A stretch of 38,057 nucleotides of DNA from Guillardia theta CCMP2712 (lineage: Eukaryota; Protista; Cryptophyta), in contig NW_005434560.1 of NCBI RefSeq assembly GCF_000315625.1, positions 57,978 to 96,034 on the forward strand, in the 5' to 3' direction. Below the pieces are notes generated by a model. The model was not told the DNA's origin. It saw only the letters and a program-made list of their open reading frames with translations, and searched no databases. Below, piece by piece: positions 27,409-37,600 of this stretch. Each line of letters begins with the position of its first letter. Position 1 is the stretch's first letter. Both the position numbers and the translations under genes were made by a program.

Positions 27409-28539
27409 ATGTACCTGTACAACGACGGTCAGAAGATCGACCTGATCTCATACACTGAGCTGGCGAGGAAAAACCCGGCCATCAAAGACCAACTGAACAA
27501 ATACATTGGTGAAAAAAGTCAAATAAGCAAAAGATTCAAGAAAGAAATATCAGACAAGAAAAATGAGATATTGCAAGCGATGAGTGAAAATCAAACAACA
27601 AATGCGAAGGAAAACGAGCTGAAAATACTAATGGATGATCAAAGGAAAAAGGTAAACCAGGGTTACATGGATATCGTAATTTCCGATAGTCAAAGAAGAG
27701 CAACGATTGATCTTCTACCTAGTGGATTTTTAAATCACAGTCCTCTATGGGACGACAATTCAGAATTTTCAATCATCACAGTTCTGAAGATACAACCATC
27801 TATCTTCCTTGGAAAGGTCCGCACACCCTTCGACCCCAACCAGACACTGATCCAACTTAACAAGAGGCTGGTCAACCTCAAGATCACAGACAAGAACATT
27901 GAGCAAACAATCAAAACCATTAATAACTTAAGTGGATCATCGAATCCTGATGTGCCAATGGCACCAGCAGGAGGCAGTCAGTTCAGCATGATTGGTTCTG
28001 CATTTTCCGCCCCACTCGACTTGGACTCGATCAACGTCCAGGCCTACCTTGGAGCCAAGTTAGAGACCAAGACACCCGAAAAGAGGGAAGAGATCAAAAC
28101 ATTGCTTAAAATGACAGAGAAATACAACGAAATCAAGGAGCGTATGATCAAAAAAACGATTACCATGCTAGAGAATGCATATGAAACTACTATAACCCCA
28201 ACCACGAAGAAAATGATAGCTTTGATCAAAGGTCTACTTCTATTCAATAAGACCATCCGTGTCCGTGGCAATACAAACACATCCCTTGCCAAGGCACTGA
28301 AGGCAGCCGCGAAGAACCCGACCGGGGAGAAGAAGGAGAAGAAACAAGCCAATACAGCAAACACCCCGTCGCACAAGCTCGCCAAAGAGCGCGGTGTAAT
28401 ACCCCCGGGCAGTAACAAAACAAAGAAGGGGAAAGGGAAGGGGAAAGGGAAAGGGAATGGAAACGGTAAGGGAAAAGGGAAAGGGAATGGAAAGGGAAAA
28501 GGGAAAGGGAATCAGAGAGGTCAGGCAGCCAAGAAATAA
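27409..28539 (+). CDS. Lys-rich protein with C-terminal (GK/GN)n tail (376 aa)
   Basis: Tail KKGKGKGKGKGNGNGKGKGKGNGKGKGKGN; TATTTAA 27363-27369. Confidence 0.88.
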   Translation: MYLYNDGQKIDLISYTELARKNPAIKDQLNKYIGEKSQISKRFKKEISDKKNEILQAMSENQTTNAKENELKILMDDQRKKVNQGYMDIVISDSQRRATIDLLPSGFLNHSPLWDDNSEFSIITVLKIQPSIFLGKVRTPFDPNQTLIQLNKRLVNLKITDKNIEQTIKTINNLSGSSNPDVPMAPAGGSQFSMIGSAFSAPLDLDSINVQAYLGAKLETKTPEKREEIKTLLKMTEKYNEIKERMIKKTITMLENAYETTITPTTKKMIALIKGLLLFNKTIRVRGNTNTSLAKALKAAAKNPTGEKKEKKQANTANTPSHKLAKERGVIPPGSNKTKKGKGKGKGKGNGNGKGKGKGNGKGKGKGNQRGQAAKK

Positions 28540-28621
28540 TGGGAAGAATGGCACGCCCACTCTTTTGGTCCGTATTTAAAGCCATGGGGAGCGGTATCGG
28601 AAGAGCTGGGAGTGACAAGCC

Positions 28622-29398
28622 ATGCCCACCTACTCCAAGCAAGATGGCAAGATCTACAAAGGCAGCTGGAACAAGGAGAACATGCATTACCAGACCTTCA
28701 AGAAGGCCCTGGCGGACCACCAAATCGACCACCCCAAGATCATCTTCAAGGCAGACGGGTCGGTGATGGCCCAGGAGCTCGACGCATTGCCTATCTGGAG
28801 GAGTGACCGGGTCGATGTCCTGGCAAACATTCACGACGGTGACTACCTGTACCTCCACATGGTGAACATCAACAACATGAACGCCGACAAGAAGTACGTC
28901 CACTTCTACATCCTGAAGAGCAACGCGGAGGTGGAGCTCGGCAAGGCCGGCATCACCGAGGAGCAGAAGGCCATATGGACCAAGCGTAAAGCATACGACG
29001 AGAGGATGATGAACGAGGCCAAGGCACTCGCCATGCAAGGCAAGCTTGTAAAGTGGCAGACAAGATTGTACAGCAAGCCCATCGAAGCCAAAGATATACA
29101 GGAAGGTGACTTTGATGAAGTTTCCATGTGGAATCCAGCCACGGGCATGCCAACGCGCTACAACCTGGATTATTGGATCATACTCTGCAACGAGAACAAA
29201 GCCAAGAAGCTGCCCACACCCAAGCTCAAGCAGCTCAAGCAAGAGAAGAAGGCAGAGGGGGCCATGAACGCCAACCCACAAGCCATGGTGACGGGAGCGT
29301 CGCAGTTCAACGGCGGCATGGACTCGGACTCGGAGCTTTCGGAGGACGACGACATCTCGGGCGCGCTGAACTCGGCGGCCCGCAACCTCTACATGTAG
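28622..29398 (+). CDS. Hypothetical protein with acidic C-terminus (258 aa)
   Basis: Kozak GCCATG, TATTTAA 28573-28579, strong codon bias. Confidence 0.85.
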   Translation: MPTYSKQDGKIYKGSWNKENMHYQTFKKALADHQIDHPKIIFKADGSVMAQELDALPIWRSDRVDVLANIHDGDYLYLHMVNINNMNADKKYVHFYILKSNAEVELGKAGITEEQKAIWTKRKAYDERMMNEAKALAMQGKLVKWQTRLYSKPIEAKDIQEGDFDEVSMWNPATGMPTRYNLDYWIILCNENKAKKLPTPKLKQLKQEKKAEGAMNANPQAMVTGASQFNGGMDSDSELSEDDDISGALNSAARNLYM

Positions 29399-29470
29399 AT
29401 TCCCATATCATATTATCATCATAAACGTTACGAATTTTACTCTCATGTTAGTTTAGAAAGACTTAGAAAC

Positions 29471-31180
29471 TCAGAACGAGTCGGCGTCCTCCACGCTGGG
29501 CGCGGCCCTCTTGCGGCAGGTCTTGGCCTCCTGGGCGGCGTTCCCCATCCCGGGGACGGAGGGGGCGCGGGAGGAGGAGAGGTTGAGCTGCATGCAGAGG
29601 TAGTTGGGGACGGCCTGCATGTCGAGGTCCACGGCGTAGCCCTCCGGGTTGAGCTTGGGTCCGAGGTCGATGTGGACGCGGCAGCACTTGGGGACGGGGT
29701 AGGACGCGTGGTAGGGCTGCCAGTCCATGGACACCGATGGGTCGACCGGGAGCTCCTTGGAAGGGTCCGACAGGATGCGGAGGTCGAGCCGGACGATGAT
29801 CTCCCGCTTGAGCTCCTTGCCGTCCTCCTCGAAGTTGAAGAAGCGGTGGGTCTCGTGGACGAGGCAGCGCCGCACCGCGTCGAAGCTGATCTTGGCGTTG
29901 CCGTCCTTGCGGATCACGACGGTGCTGTCCCGGGTCTGGGGGGCGTGGAGGAGGAAGCGGAGCACGTCGTCGTCCGTGCCGGCAGAGACGTCGATGCCGA
30001 GCAGACGGAGGAAGTCGATGATAGGGGCGGCGCGGTAAACGAGCCTTTTCTTCCACGTGTCTTCATCAACCTTGTAGGAGACCCAGGATTTGACGACCAT
30101 CAGTTGCAGGCAACCGCAACTCGCGGCGACCTCGAGCAGCTGGCACGCGCGCTTCACGGTGGAGCAGTTCGTGTACCGCATCAGCGTGGGGCCGTCGATG
30201 CGCACCTCGTCGATCATGGACTTGCCCATCTCAAAGTCGAGGCAGGCGTTCGAGATCGTGACGCCGGCGCCGTCCTCATCGACTGAGGCCCGGAGGAGAC
30301 AAGAGACGCTCCTCAGGAGCATCACCTCCCCGCCGTTGCTGAAGAGGTAGTTGGAGCAGGGGCGGCAGCCCTCGGGGGCGTAGGTCTTGCACACCTCCGT
30401 GATGGTCTTCTGCTCCTCGAAGGTGGCGGGGAAATCACCCATCGCGGGTACGAAGGAGTACAGCGTGAGCGGGATGATCTCGATGCTCTTGATCGTGACC
30501 ACGTCCCCCGGAGTGTCGACCTTCGTCGCATTGTTCGGCTTGAGAAAGAGCTTGACGAGCGTGAAGGGGTGGATGGTGTCCACATCCGGGAACAGCGCCC
30601 TCTGCCCGGTCTTCTTGTTCTGCTTCTCGAACTCGAAGGTCTTTGTCGTCGTCGAGAGCCGCAGGGTGCAGCCCGACTGGACCAGGGTAGCGACGTCCTT
30701 CCTTACGGCGCCCTTGTACTGCTGGTTGCTCTCGTGCTTGTCGAAGGAGTAGATCATCAGGCCGCGCCTCCCGTCCGCATCGACATGGATCTCACTCAGG
30801 AACTCGGCGTTCTTGAGCGGCTTGTCCTCCAGCGGCGCCTTGCCCCAGCCCGCGGAGAAGGGCGCCAGCACCACAAAGTGGCTCGGCAACGACCTGGAAT
30901 CGCCGCCCGACATCGTCTTCGCCTGGTTGAACACCCCCAGGCGGCAGTACACCGGGTCCACCACCATCGCGATCACCGTGGGGAGGTTCTCGTGGCGGTC
31001 CTCCGGGGAGGGGAGCACCAGCCCCTCCAGCCACAGGTTGCTGGGGTGGAGGAGCGGCTCGGGGACCAGGAGCTCCGTGTTGACGGTGGCTCCTGGGATG
31101 GATCCTGGGGTAGCTTCTACAACATCCTCAACCTCCATGGAGGCATCGGACTCGGGGCGGTTGCTCTTGTTAATCGGCAT
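29471..31180 (-). CDS. Hypothetical beta-rich protein (569 aa)
   Basis: Long ORF with strong GC3 bias; C-terminal RKR NLS-like motif. Confidence 0.88.
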   Translation of the reverse strand: MPINKSNRPESDASMEVEDVVEATPGSIPGATVNTELLVPEPLLHPSNLWLEGLVLPSPEDRHENLPTVIAMVVDPVYCRLGVFNQAKTMSGGDSRSLPSHFVVLAPFSAGWGKAPLEDKPLKNAEFLSEIHVDADGRRGLMIYSFDKHESNQQYKGAVRKDVATLVQSGCTLRLSTTTKTFEFEKQNKKTGQRALFPDVDTIHPFTLVKLFLKPNNATKVDTPGDVVTIKSIEIIPLTLYSFVPAMGDFPATFEEQKTITEVCKTYAPEGCRPCSNYLFSNGGEVMLLRSVSCLLRASVDEDGAGVTISNACLDFEMGKSMIDEVRIDGPTLMRYTNCSTVKRACQLLEVAASCGCLQLMVVKSWVSYKVDEDTWKKRLVYRAAPIIDFLRLLGIDVSAGTDDDVLRFLLHAPQTRDSTVVIRKDGNAKISFDAVRRCLVHETHRFFNFEEDGKELKREIIVRLDLRILSDPSKELPVDPSVSMDWQPYHASYPVPKCCRVHIDLGPKLNPEGYAVDLDMQAVPNYLCMQLNLSSSRAPSVPGMGNAAQEAKTCRKRAAPSVEDADSF

Positions 31181-31327
31181 GCTGCTCTCGCGTGGCGGGA
31201 ATAGTCTTGGACGGGCGGTGGCGGGACGGGCTACTTGGAGGGAAAACCTTTTTTTTTGGTATTAAAAAAAAGAAAAAAAAACACGGGGAAAAAAAGAACT
31301 AGGGGCAGGCTTCACTCCCCACAAAGC

Positions 31328-31516
31328 ATGGTGATGGAGCAAGAGAAGAAGAAGAAGCGAATCCGTTCCCTCGCTCTCTCCATCGAGCTCATCAAGAACA
31401 ACACAACCTACACACGCGCCGACGGGATCCAGCAGAGCTTCAACTACCGGGAGTCCGTCAACTCCCCCTCGGGGTCTTTCTTGGGAGTCACGCAAACCAA
31501 TGACCCGAGATCGTAA
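31328..31516 (+). CDS. Small hypothetical protein (62 aa)
   Basis: First ATG after A-tract promoter; convergent with 31537. Confidence 0.5.
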   Translation: MVMEQEKKKKRIRSLALSIELIKNNTTYTRADGIQQSFNYRESVNSPSGSFLGVTQTNDPRS

Positions 31517-31536
31517 TTGAAGGATCAAGCTTCGTT

Positions 31537-32205
31537 TTAGGTCTTGTCTGGTTGTTTAAGAGCGAACATCATGATGAAATGAAAATGATCTCCTGAAGTA
31601 TGCTGCTGTATGTTATCCAAAAAGTTGCTGTAATTAAATTTCATTCCGAATCTTTTGTTGATCTCTTTTTCCATATCTTTCATTCCACGTATTATTTTAT
31701 CGAGATGAGACAATCTGTAATTCATTATCATATATGGGTCATCCAATGAATGGATATACAACAAAGCACCTATATGATTCTCTATGCCGATTGAAGTTAC
31801 GTTCAATATATCATTCTTTCGTTTCTGTACGATATCAAAAAGTTTTCCACGTTCGTTTAATTCTTCGTAATAAGCATACAAGGATTTAGTCAAATAACTA
31901 AGGGTTCGATTCAATGATCCATTTGTAACGAAATTCGCATTTCTGAATTTAACTATTTTATCAATGATCGCATCAAGATTATTCGCATACTGTTCAATGG
32001 TCATAATGTTATTGTCCAGATTCTCAATGATTGAATCTAAAGCTTGATTTATCTTTAATAGATCCACTTGCAAAATTTGTTTTAGATCATCTTGCATTTC
32101 TTTCATCATTTTCTGGTACAGATCATGAGCAGTGTCCAACTTTGCATAGATGTCATCCTCGCTGAGCATCATTCCCATGTGCCTGTTGCATTCCCCGTAT
32201 TTCAT
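31537..32205 (-). CDS. AT-rich hypothetical helical protein (~222 aa)
   Basis: Open 670 nt despite AT richness; TATAAAA 32244-32250. Confidence 0.75.
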   Translation of the reverse strand: MKYGECNRHMGMMLSEDDIYAKLDTAHDLYQKMMKEMQDDLKQILQVDLLKINQALDSIIENLDNNIMTIEQYANNLDAIIDKIVKFRNANFVTNGSLNRTLSYLTKSLYAYYEELNERGKLFDIVQKRKNDILNVTSIGIENHIGALLYIHSLDDPYMIMNYRLSHLDKIIRGMKDMEKEINKRFGMKFNYSNFLDNIQQHTSGDHFHFIMMFALKQPDKT

Positions 32206-32403
32206 ATATATCCAAACACACTCACACACACACTCACAAACAGTTTTATATAGGGATACACATGGGGCGAGCGCCCGGTGGAGGACAGCATGATTGTGAA
32301 TACAGATATGATGAACCAGTACCCCTACAATTAACTATATACGAGGGTGGGTTATTCTGTGGTACTAAATTGAGTGATTTTATAATTATTAATAGAGTCC
32401 AGG

Positions 32404-32475
32404 CCCCAGGGAAGGCCCCCCCCCGGCCAGAATCTGAAAACCGTTAAACCGTTAAACCGTTGAAAACCGTTAAAA
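32404..32475 (+). repeat. Second-locus copy of the inverted-repeat arm with four AAACCGTT units
   Basis: CCCCAGGGAAGGCCCCCCCCCGGCCAGAATCTGAAAACCGTTAAACCGTTAAACCGTTGAAAACCGTTAAAA, homologous to ~12024-12087. Confidence 0.9.
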
Positions 32476-32522
32476 TTTATATTTTGCATATATTTGTGGC
32501 TTTTTGATCATTCCATATCCGA

Positions 32523-32622
32523 NNNNNNNNNNNNNNNNNNNNNNNNNNNNNNNNNNNNNNNNNNNNNNNNNNNNNNNNNNNNNNNNNNNNNNNNNNNNNN
32601 NNNNNNNNNNNNNNNNNNNNNN
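32523..32622. other. Assembly gap (100 N)
   Basis: Run of N. Confidence 1.
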
Positions 32623-33922
32623 GGATCCGGCGGTTTGCGGCGGAGGTGATAACCATGCGAAAAGGTAGGACAGTGCGGCGAAGAGGGTGGCGACGCGTCC
32701 AAGGCGGAGGAGGCGCATGAGTGCGGCGAGGAGGGCGGCGACCGGGTACTGGTAGACGAGGCCGAGCCTGGCGATGGGGAGGTGCTCGGAGAGCCACCTT
32801 GGGAGGTCTGCGGCGGCGGCGGCCTGGTGGAGGGAGCAGAGGAGGATGAAACCTGCGGGGACGGCGCGGGAGACGACCGGGTCGAAGTGGGTCATGCAGG
32901 GGGCTCCGAGGGCGATCCTTGCGCAGAGGGCGTCGTCGGAGGGCTGGGTCTGGTCGATCTGCGAGACCCACACGAGGAAGTGGAGGAAGAGGACGTGCCT
33001 CCAGTAGCGGATGGCGCGGATGCCTGCCCAGTGGAAGATGCCCGCGGTGGTCCTGCGGCTGATGTAGATGTAGCAGACGCAGCCGAGGGTGTACTCCGAG
33101 AAGCGGGTGAGGAGGAAGCGGAAGGAGAAGTAGAAGTGGTTGTCCCGCATGTTGACCGAGGTCATGATGCACGAGACGGAGATCTGGAAGAAGATGTTGG
33201 CCATGTTGACGTACTCGTGCCTCTCGGGGAAGTTCCTGACGGTGGTGGCGATGGCGAGGCGGACGAGCGGGAAGGCCGTCCTGCAGAGGAGGAGGGTCAT
33301 GAGGATGGAGGTCGACTCGTTGAAGAGCCTGTAGTGGGCCTGCTGCTGGGTCTCCATGAAGGGTGAGAGGTAGAGGAGCGAGCCGAGGTTGATGGCCCAG
33401 GTCATCGGGCTGGACCACAGGCCTTGCGCCATCATGCCGAAAGGGATGAGGAGGAGGTTCACCAGGGCGAGGTGCGGGTAGACCTCCGCGTTGACGTCGT
33501 AGAGCACGCGCAGGGGCTTGGCGTCTTCACTCCAGTAGTGGTGGGAGTCGGCGCAGCCCGTGAGGATGAAGAGGACGGTGACGGCGTCGACGGTGATGCT
33601 CTCCATGGTCTGCAGGACGCAGAAGATGTTGCTCTGTTTTCTGTCGTCGTCGTCGGCCCTGGAGAGCACTAGGGAGGTGTAGAACGCGAAGGTGACGATG
33701 AGGCAGAGCGACTGGGAGGCGCGGACGAGGATGAAGGTCGTGTCGAGGTCCAGGTCGTCGTCGTCGGTATAGTTGCCCGGTGGGATGCTTGGGTCGTTGG
33801 CGGTGTCCCTGCTCGGCGGGTAGACGAAGGCGTCCCTCTCTCCCTCCTCGCAGCCTCGTGCAGTTCATGGGTTCCTTCTTGGGGTTTTCATCATTGGTGT
33901 CCTGATCGTGGACTTCCTTCAT
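32623..33922 (-). CDS. Multi-pass membrane protein, acyltransferase-3-like; 5-prime frameshift near 33830-33865, 3-prime end in gap
   Basis: AVTVLFILTG, TRFSEYTLG and LVYQYPV resemble AT3 motifs (V..FF.LSG, R..EF..G, YL.H.PV). ATG 33922 frame differs from the TM-coding frame. Confidence 0.5.
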
Positions 33923-34057
33923 TCCTCCCTCTGGCCTTCTCGTGGTCCTCCCGCGTTTATGTAGCGCCGGGGCGCGGCGGGGTGAAACCTGCCTTGTGGG
34001 GAACGGCGCGGAGATTATATAAGCGCGCGGCTGGGGCTGGATGGTACTGATTCCATC

Positions 34058-34459
34058 ATGGATCGTGAATGGAGGAGAAAATGGACACTCAGACCCGAGC
34101 TGAGAGCGTTCCTTGAAGAGGAATCTGTCCCTGCATCCAGCTTCAGTACAAATCTGAGTCATTCACAGTTGAGTGCTGAACAAATCGAGAAAGAGAGGAT
34201 CGTTATCTCATCGGATGACGAAAATTCTAAGCCCTGCAAGAAGAAGTGTACCAAGGCCAGCGCAAAGAGTATCAAGACCAGCGTGAATAATGCCAAGGCC
34301 AGCGCAAAGAGTATCAAGACCAGCGTGAATAATGCCAAGGCCAACACGAAGAATCTTTCCCCCAGCAAGGAGAAGGAAGTATCCAACGAGAAGGTTACCA
34401 AGGCTGCGGACAACAAGCTCTCCAGTGATGATGGGGAAGAATGGGAGGAGTTGAATTGA
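34058..34459 (+). CDS. Lys/Ser-rich protein with 14-aa tandem repeat (133 aa)
   Basis: TATATAA 34016-34022; KASAKSIKTSVNNA x2; IVISSDDE. Confidence 0.75.
   Translation: MDREWRRKWTLRPELRAFLEEESVPASSFSTNLSHSQLSAEQIEKERIVISSDDENSKPCKKKCTKASAKSIKTSVNNAKASAKSIKTSVNNAKANTKNLSPSKEKEVSNEKVTKAADNKLSSDDGEEWEELN
34251..34343 (+). repeat. Perfect 42-bp tandem duplication (2.2 copies)
   Basis: CCAAGGCCAGCGCAAAGAGTATCAAGACCAGCGTGAATAATG at 34251 and 34293, partial at 34335. Confidence 0.95.
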
Positions 34460-34643
34460 GTATCCGGCGAAGAGTAGTATACCCTTCTTTCCCTCCCGCT
34501 CCCGCTTGCGTAGTGAATTAAAGTACGAAAGAATATCCCCTCGTGGTCTTGTTGAAGCCTGTCCCGTGGTGAACGGCGCGGGTATTGTATTTAGGACTTA
34601 CGCGGTGGGTTTGGGTGATTTGGGGCTGTGCGTTGGGTGCGGC

Positions 34644-37600
34644 ATGTATATTCTTTTGTTCGTGGCGGGGTTGGTCCTCGTGCTGGTGGTAGAGCGGGTG
34701 GTTCACTCTGTGCTGTCGCTGGTGGTGGACCGCTCGATGCGCCCTACCAAGAGGTATGCCTCCATGTCTCTCGTGGGCACGTTCTTCCAGAACATCTTTG
34801 CTTACTTTTTCTTCGCCTTCAATGTCCTGGCGATGACCGTTGGGTTCATCGCGCGGAACCTTCTCTGGTTTGGGTTCCTGGTGCTGGTCATGGCAGTTCT
34901 CAGCATGGTGTTGGACTTTGCTCCCGGGTTGGTTGCCGAGTATGTGTACGTTTACAACGCCGGGCTGGGGACCTACATTCACTTCTTCATCGTCCTACCG
35001 GTTCAGTTAGTGGAGCTGCTGTTTAGCCATGTCACCGCGCTGTATAACTGCATCATGTGGATCGTGAATGGGGTGTTCCTGTCAGTGCTGGCCCCGTCCT
35101 TCCTTGCGGACAACGTGAATGTCGGGTGGCTCCCTAGGTTCGGCACGTCTTTCTTCAAGTTCTCGGGTGAGGTGGTCCTGTCGATCTCGTCGTACCTTGT
35201 CAATGTGATGGCGTGCGCGACGAACCCCCTCGGCGGGGTGCCCAGGGGTGGCACCGGGAGCTTCCTGATCCTGAACGCGACGGGTTCGGTGGAGTGCTTC
35301 GAGCCCGGCATGATCAACCTCGACCTTATAACTCCTGCGGGCAGCTTCCGCGACATGTGCCTCTACATCGCGAGGTTCGTGGTGTTCTCCTGCCCCGCTG
35401 CGAATGCGGTCATTGATTTACTAACATTCCCGCTGAGCGATATGAACCTGTACAAGGGCATCCATTGTATCGTGAACGCGCTTTTGGGTCTGTTCGTGCA
35501 GCTCCCCTTCGTAACCCTGCACCGCTGCCGGTTCGGTGCGACGCTCCCGATGCTCGGCGTGCACCAGCGCATCCTGTGCGCCCCGGACTTCCGCCCGGCG
35601 ATGGACCTTTCGGTAGCTGGGGCTAGGTACCTGGGTAGGACCGTCGACAACTGGTTGGACTCTTCGCTGGTGATCCTGGAGACGCTCTTCACCGGCTCCG
35701 CACCGCAGTGCGACCCGGTCCCGATCCCCCTGAGCTACAGCGACGATGACTCCCGGGCGCTTTTCGGGGGCAACTTCCGCGCGGTGGTGGGGCTGACTCC
35801 GGGGATGTACGCGGTGACGGATGGGATCAGCACGGAGTACAACATCTTCTACAAGCAAGTGACAAGGGAGATTGCTTACAGGAACTGGCCCTTTCCTGTC
35901 GAACCGGCGTACGGCATCGCGGCGGTCAAGTACGGGGAGCTGCCCGAGGGGGACGTGGCGGGAGACCTGACGACTGGGATGCTGGGGTGCGAGTGCCTGG
36001 ACGTCCCCGGCGTAGGGGCGCAGATCACCTGTGCGATCGTCCCGTACCTCTCCGGGAGCAACATGCCCTCCACCACGGGTTCCGTGGCTTCGATGATCCA
36101 GGACTACCTCAAATCGAACAGCATACAGCAGGCGGTCAACTCGAGCAACGCGACGCAGCGCATCCCGGTGACCTTCTCCGTGCCCTCGTCGAGCCAGTAC
36201 GCGACCTGCAAGAGGCTGAAGATCCAGGTGGAGTCGCTCCGGTGGCCCGCGACGAGGGTGTCTGCAACGAGCACCAGCCCCGGTGCTTGGAACCAGATGG
36301 GTGCCGCGGCCCAGGTGAATATCCTGGATGTGGCCAGGGAGGTGAGGGCGGACGCTGCCATCTACGTCATGCCGCAGTGCCCCTTCTCGGCGGTCCCCGA
36401 CCCTTCTTGCATACCCGGCTTTGAAGGGTTCAGCTGCTACCCCTTCTGTGTGGGCCTGCACCTCACGGGGACGATCAACCAGGGGATTGTGCTGTACGGG
36501 GCCAACGACTGGAGGGACTCGGTGCAGTACCTCCTCCGGGACTGCGGGGTGGGGCAGGGCGCCGTCGGGTCGATATCCCCTTCTGCTCTGAGCCTTTCCC
36601 CGCTTGCATTCGGCCCTCCTGTCCGGTACACCGTCCCAAAGGGCGTGGTGTACAACGCGGCGGCGCAGAGCGCCTGGGACCCGGCGACGCAGAGCTGTGT
36701 CTCCAGCGCGGATGTTAATTCAAGGGTTTCTGTGAACCTTACTACGGTGTATGCCTTCCCTCCCGACCAGAGCGAGCCGACGATCCGGGAGAAGTTCCAG
36801 CCCTTCGTCTTTGCGAGCGATGTGGTGCTCACGGCGTACCAGGACGGTCTGGGGAAGTGGAGCGTCAAGGTCTCTAGGATCTTCGGGGAGGATGCGCTGT
36901 CCTTCAGGCTGGTGGATCTCCCCGGGTTGATCCCCGCGAACGACATCTGCCTGGGCTCTCCGTCCTGTGAAGAGCCGTTCCAGCCCAGTCTTATTGGGAT
37001 ACCGTACGCGTACCAGGACTACCCGCAGCTGTACAACCCCTCCACAACGAGCCAGTGGGCGGTGTTCTACGCGACGAACCCGAACCCGGAGGTGTACGAG
37101 GCGTATTCGCGGTACTGCGCGGGCCTCCCCACGAAGTTCGGCATCGTGATGGACTCCAGCTACGGGCAGGTGAGGGTGTGGAAGTTCAACGCCTTCGCGC
37201 TGGACCAGTCTGAGACGTCGGGGGCGGCGGTGATGACCTGGACCTTCGAGGGCTTCAACCGGGTGCAGGAGGTGAGCAACTGCGGGGCTCTGTACAACAT
37301 GTCGGTGGTCAGGCTGGAGTACATCAATGAATACAACGTCGCCGTCACGGTCCTGCAGGCCTCTATGCAGAGCTTCGATGTTGTGACGAGGATGCCGCGC
37401 CCCGGATTCGATGGCTTTGATTACGTGGTCTACTTCATTAACCCCACGACCAACGAAGGGCCTTCCGAGAGCATGTTCAGTGAGCTCGTCCCGCAGTCTC
37501 TCCTGAGCGAGGGCCTGCTGTGCCCTAGCCAGCGCCGCATGCCCGAGGTCGGCTCGAGCCTGGCGGAGGCCTGGGCCGGTGTGTTGTACTTCATGCGGCT

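Noticed and set aside
28424-28510. Collagen-like repeat
   Set aside because: Periodicity is Gly-X, not Gly-X-Y.
32470-32702. ORFs spanning the N run
   Set aside because: Artefacts of translating through the assembly gap.
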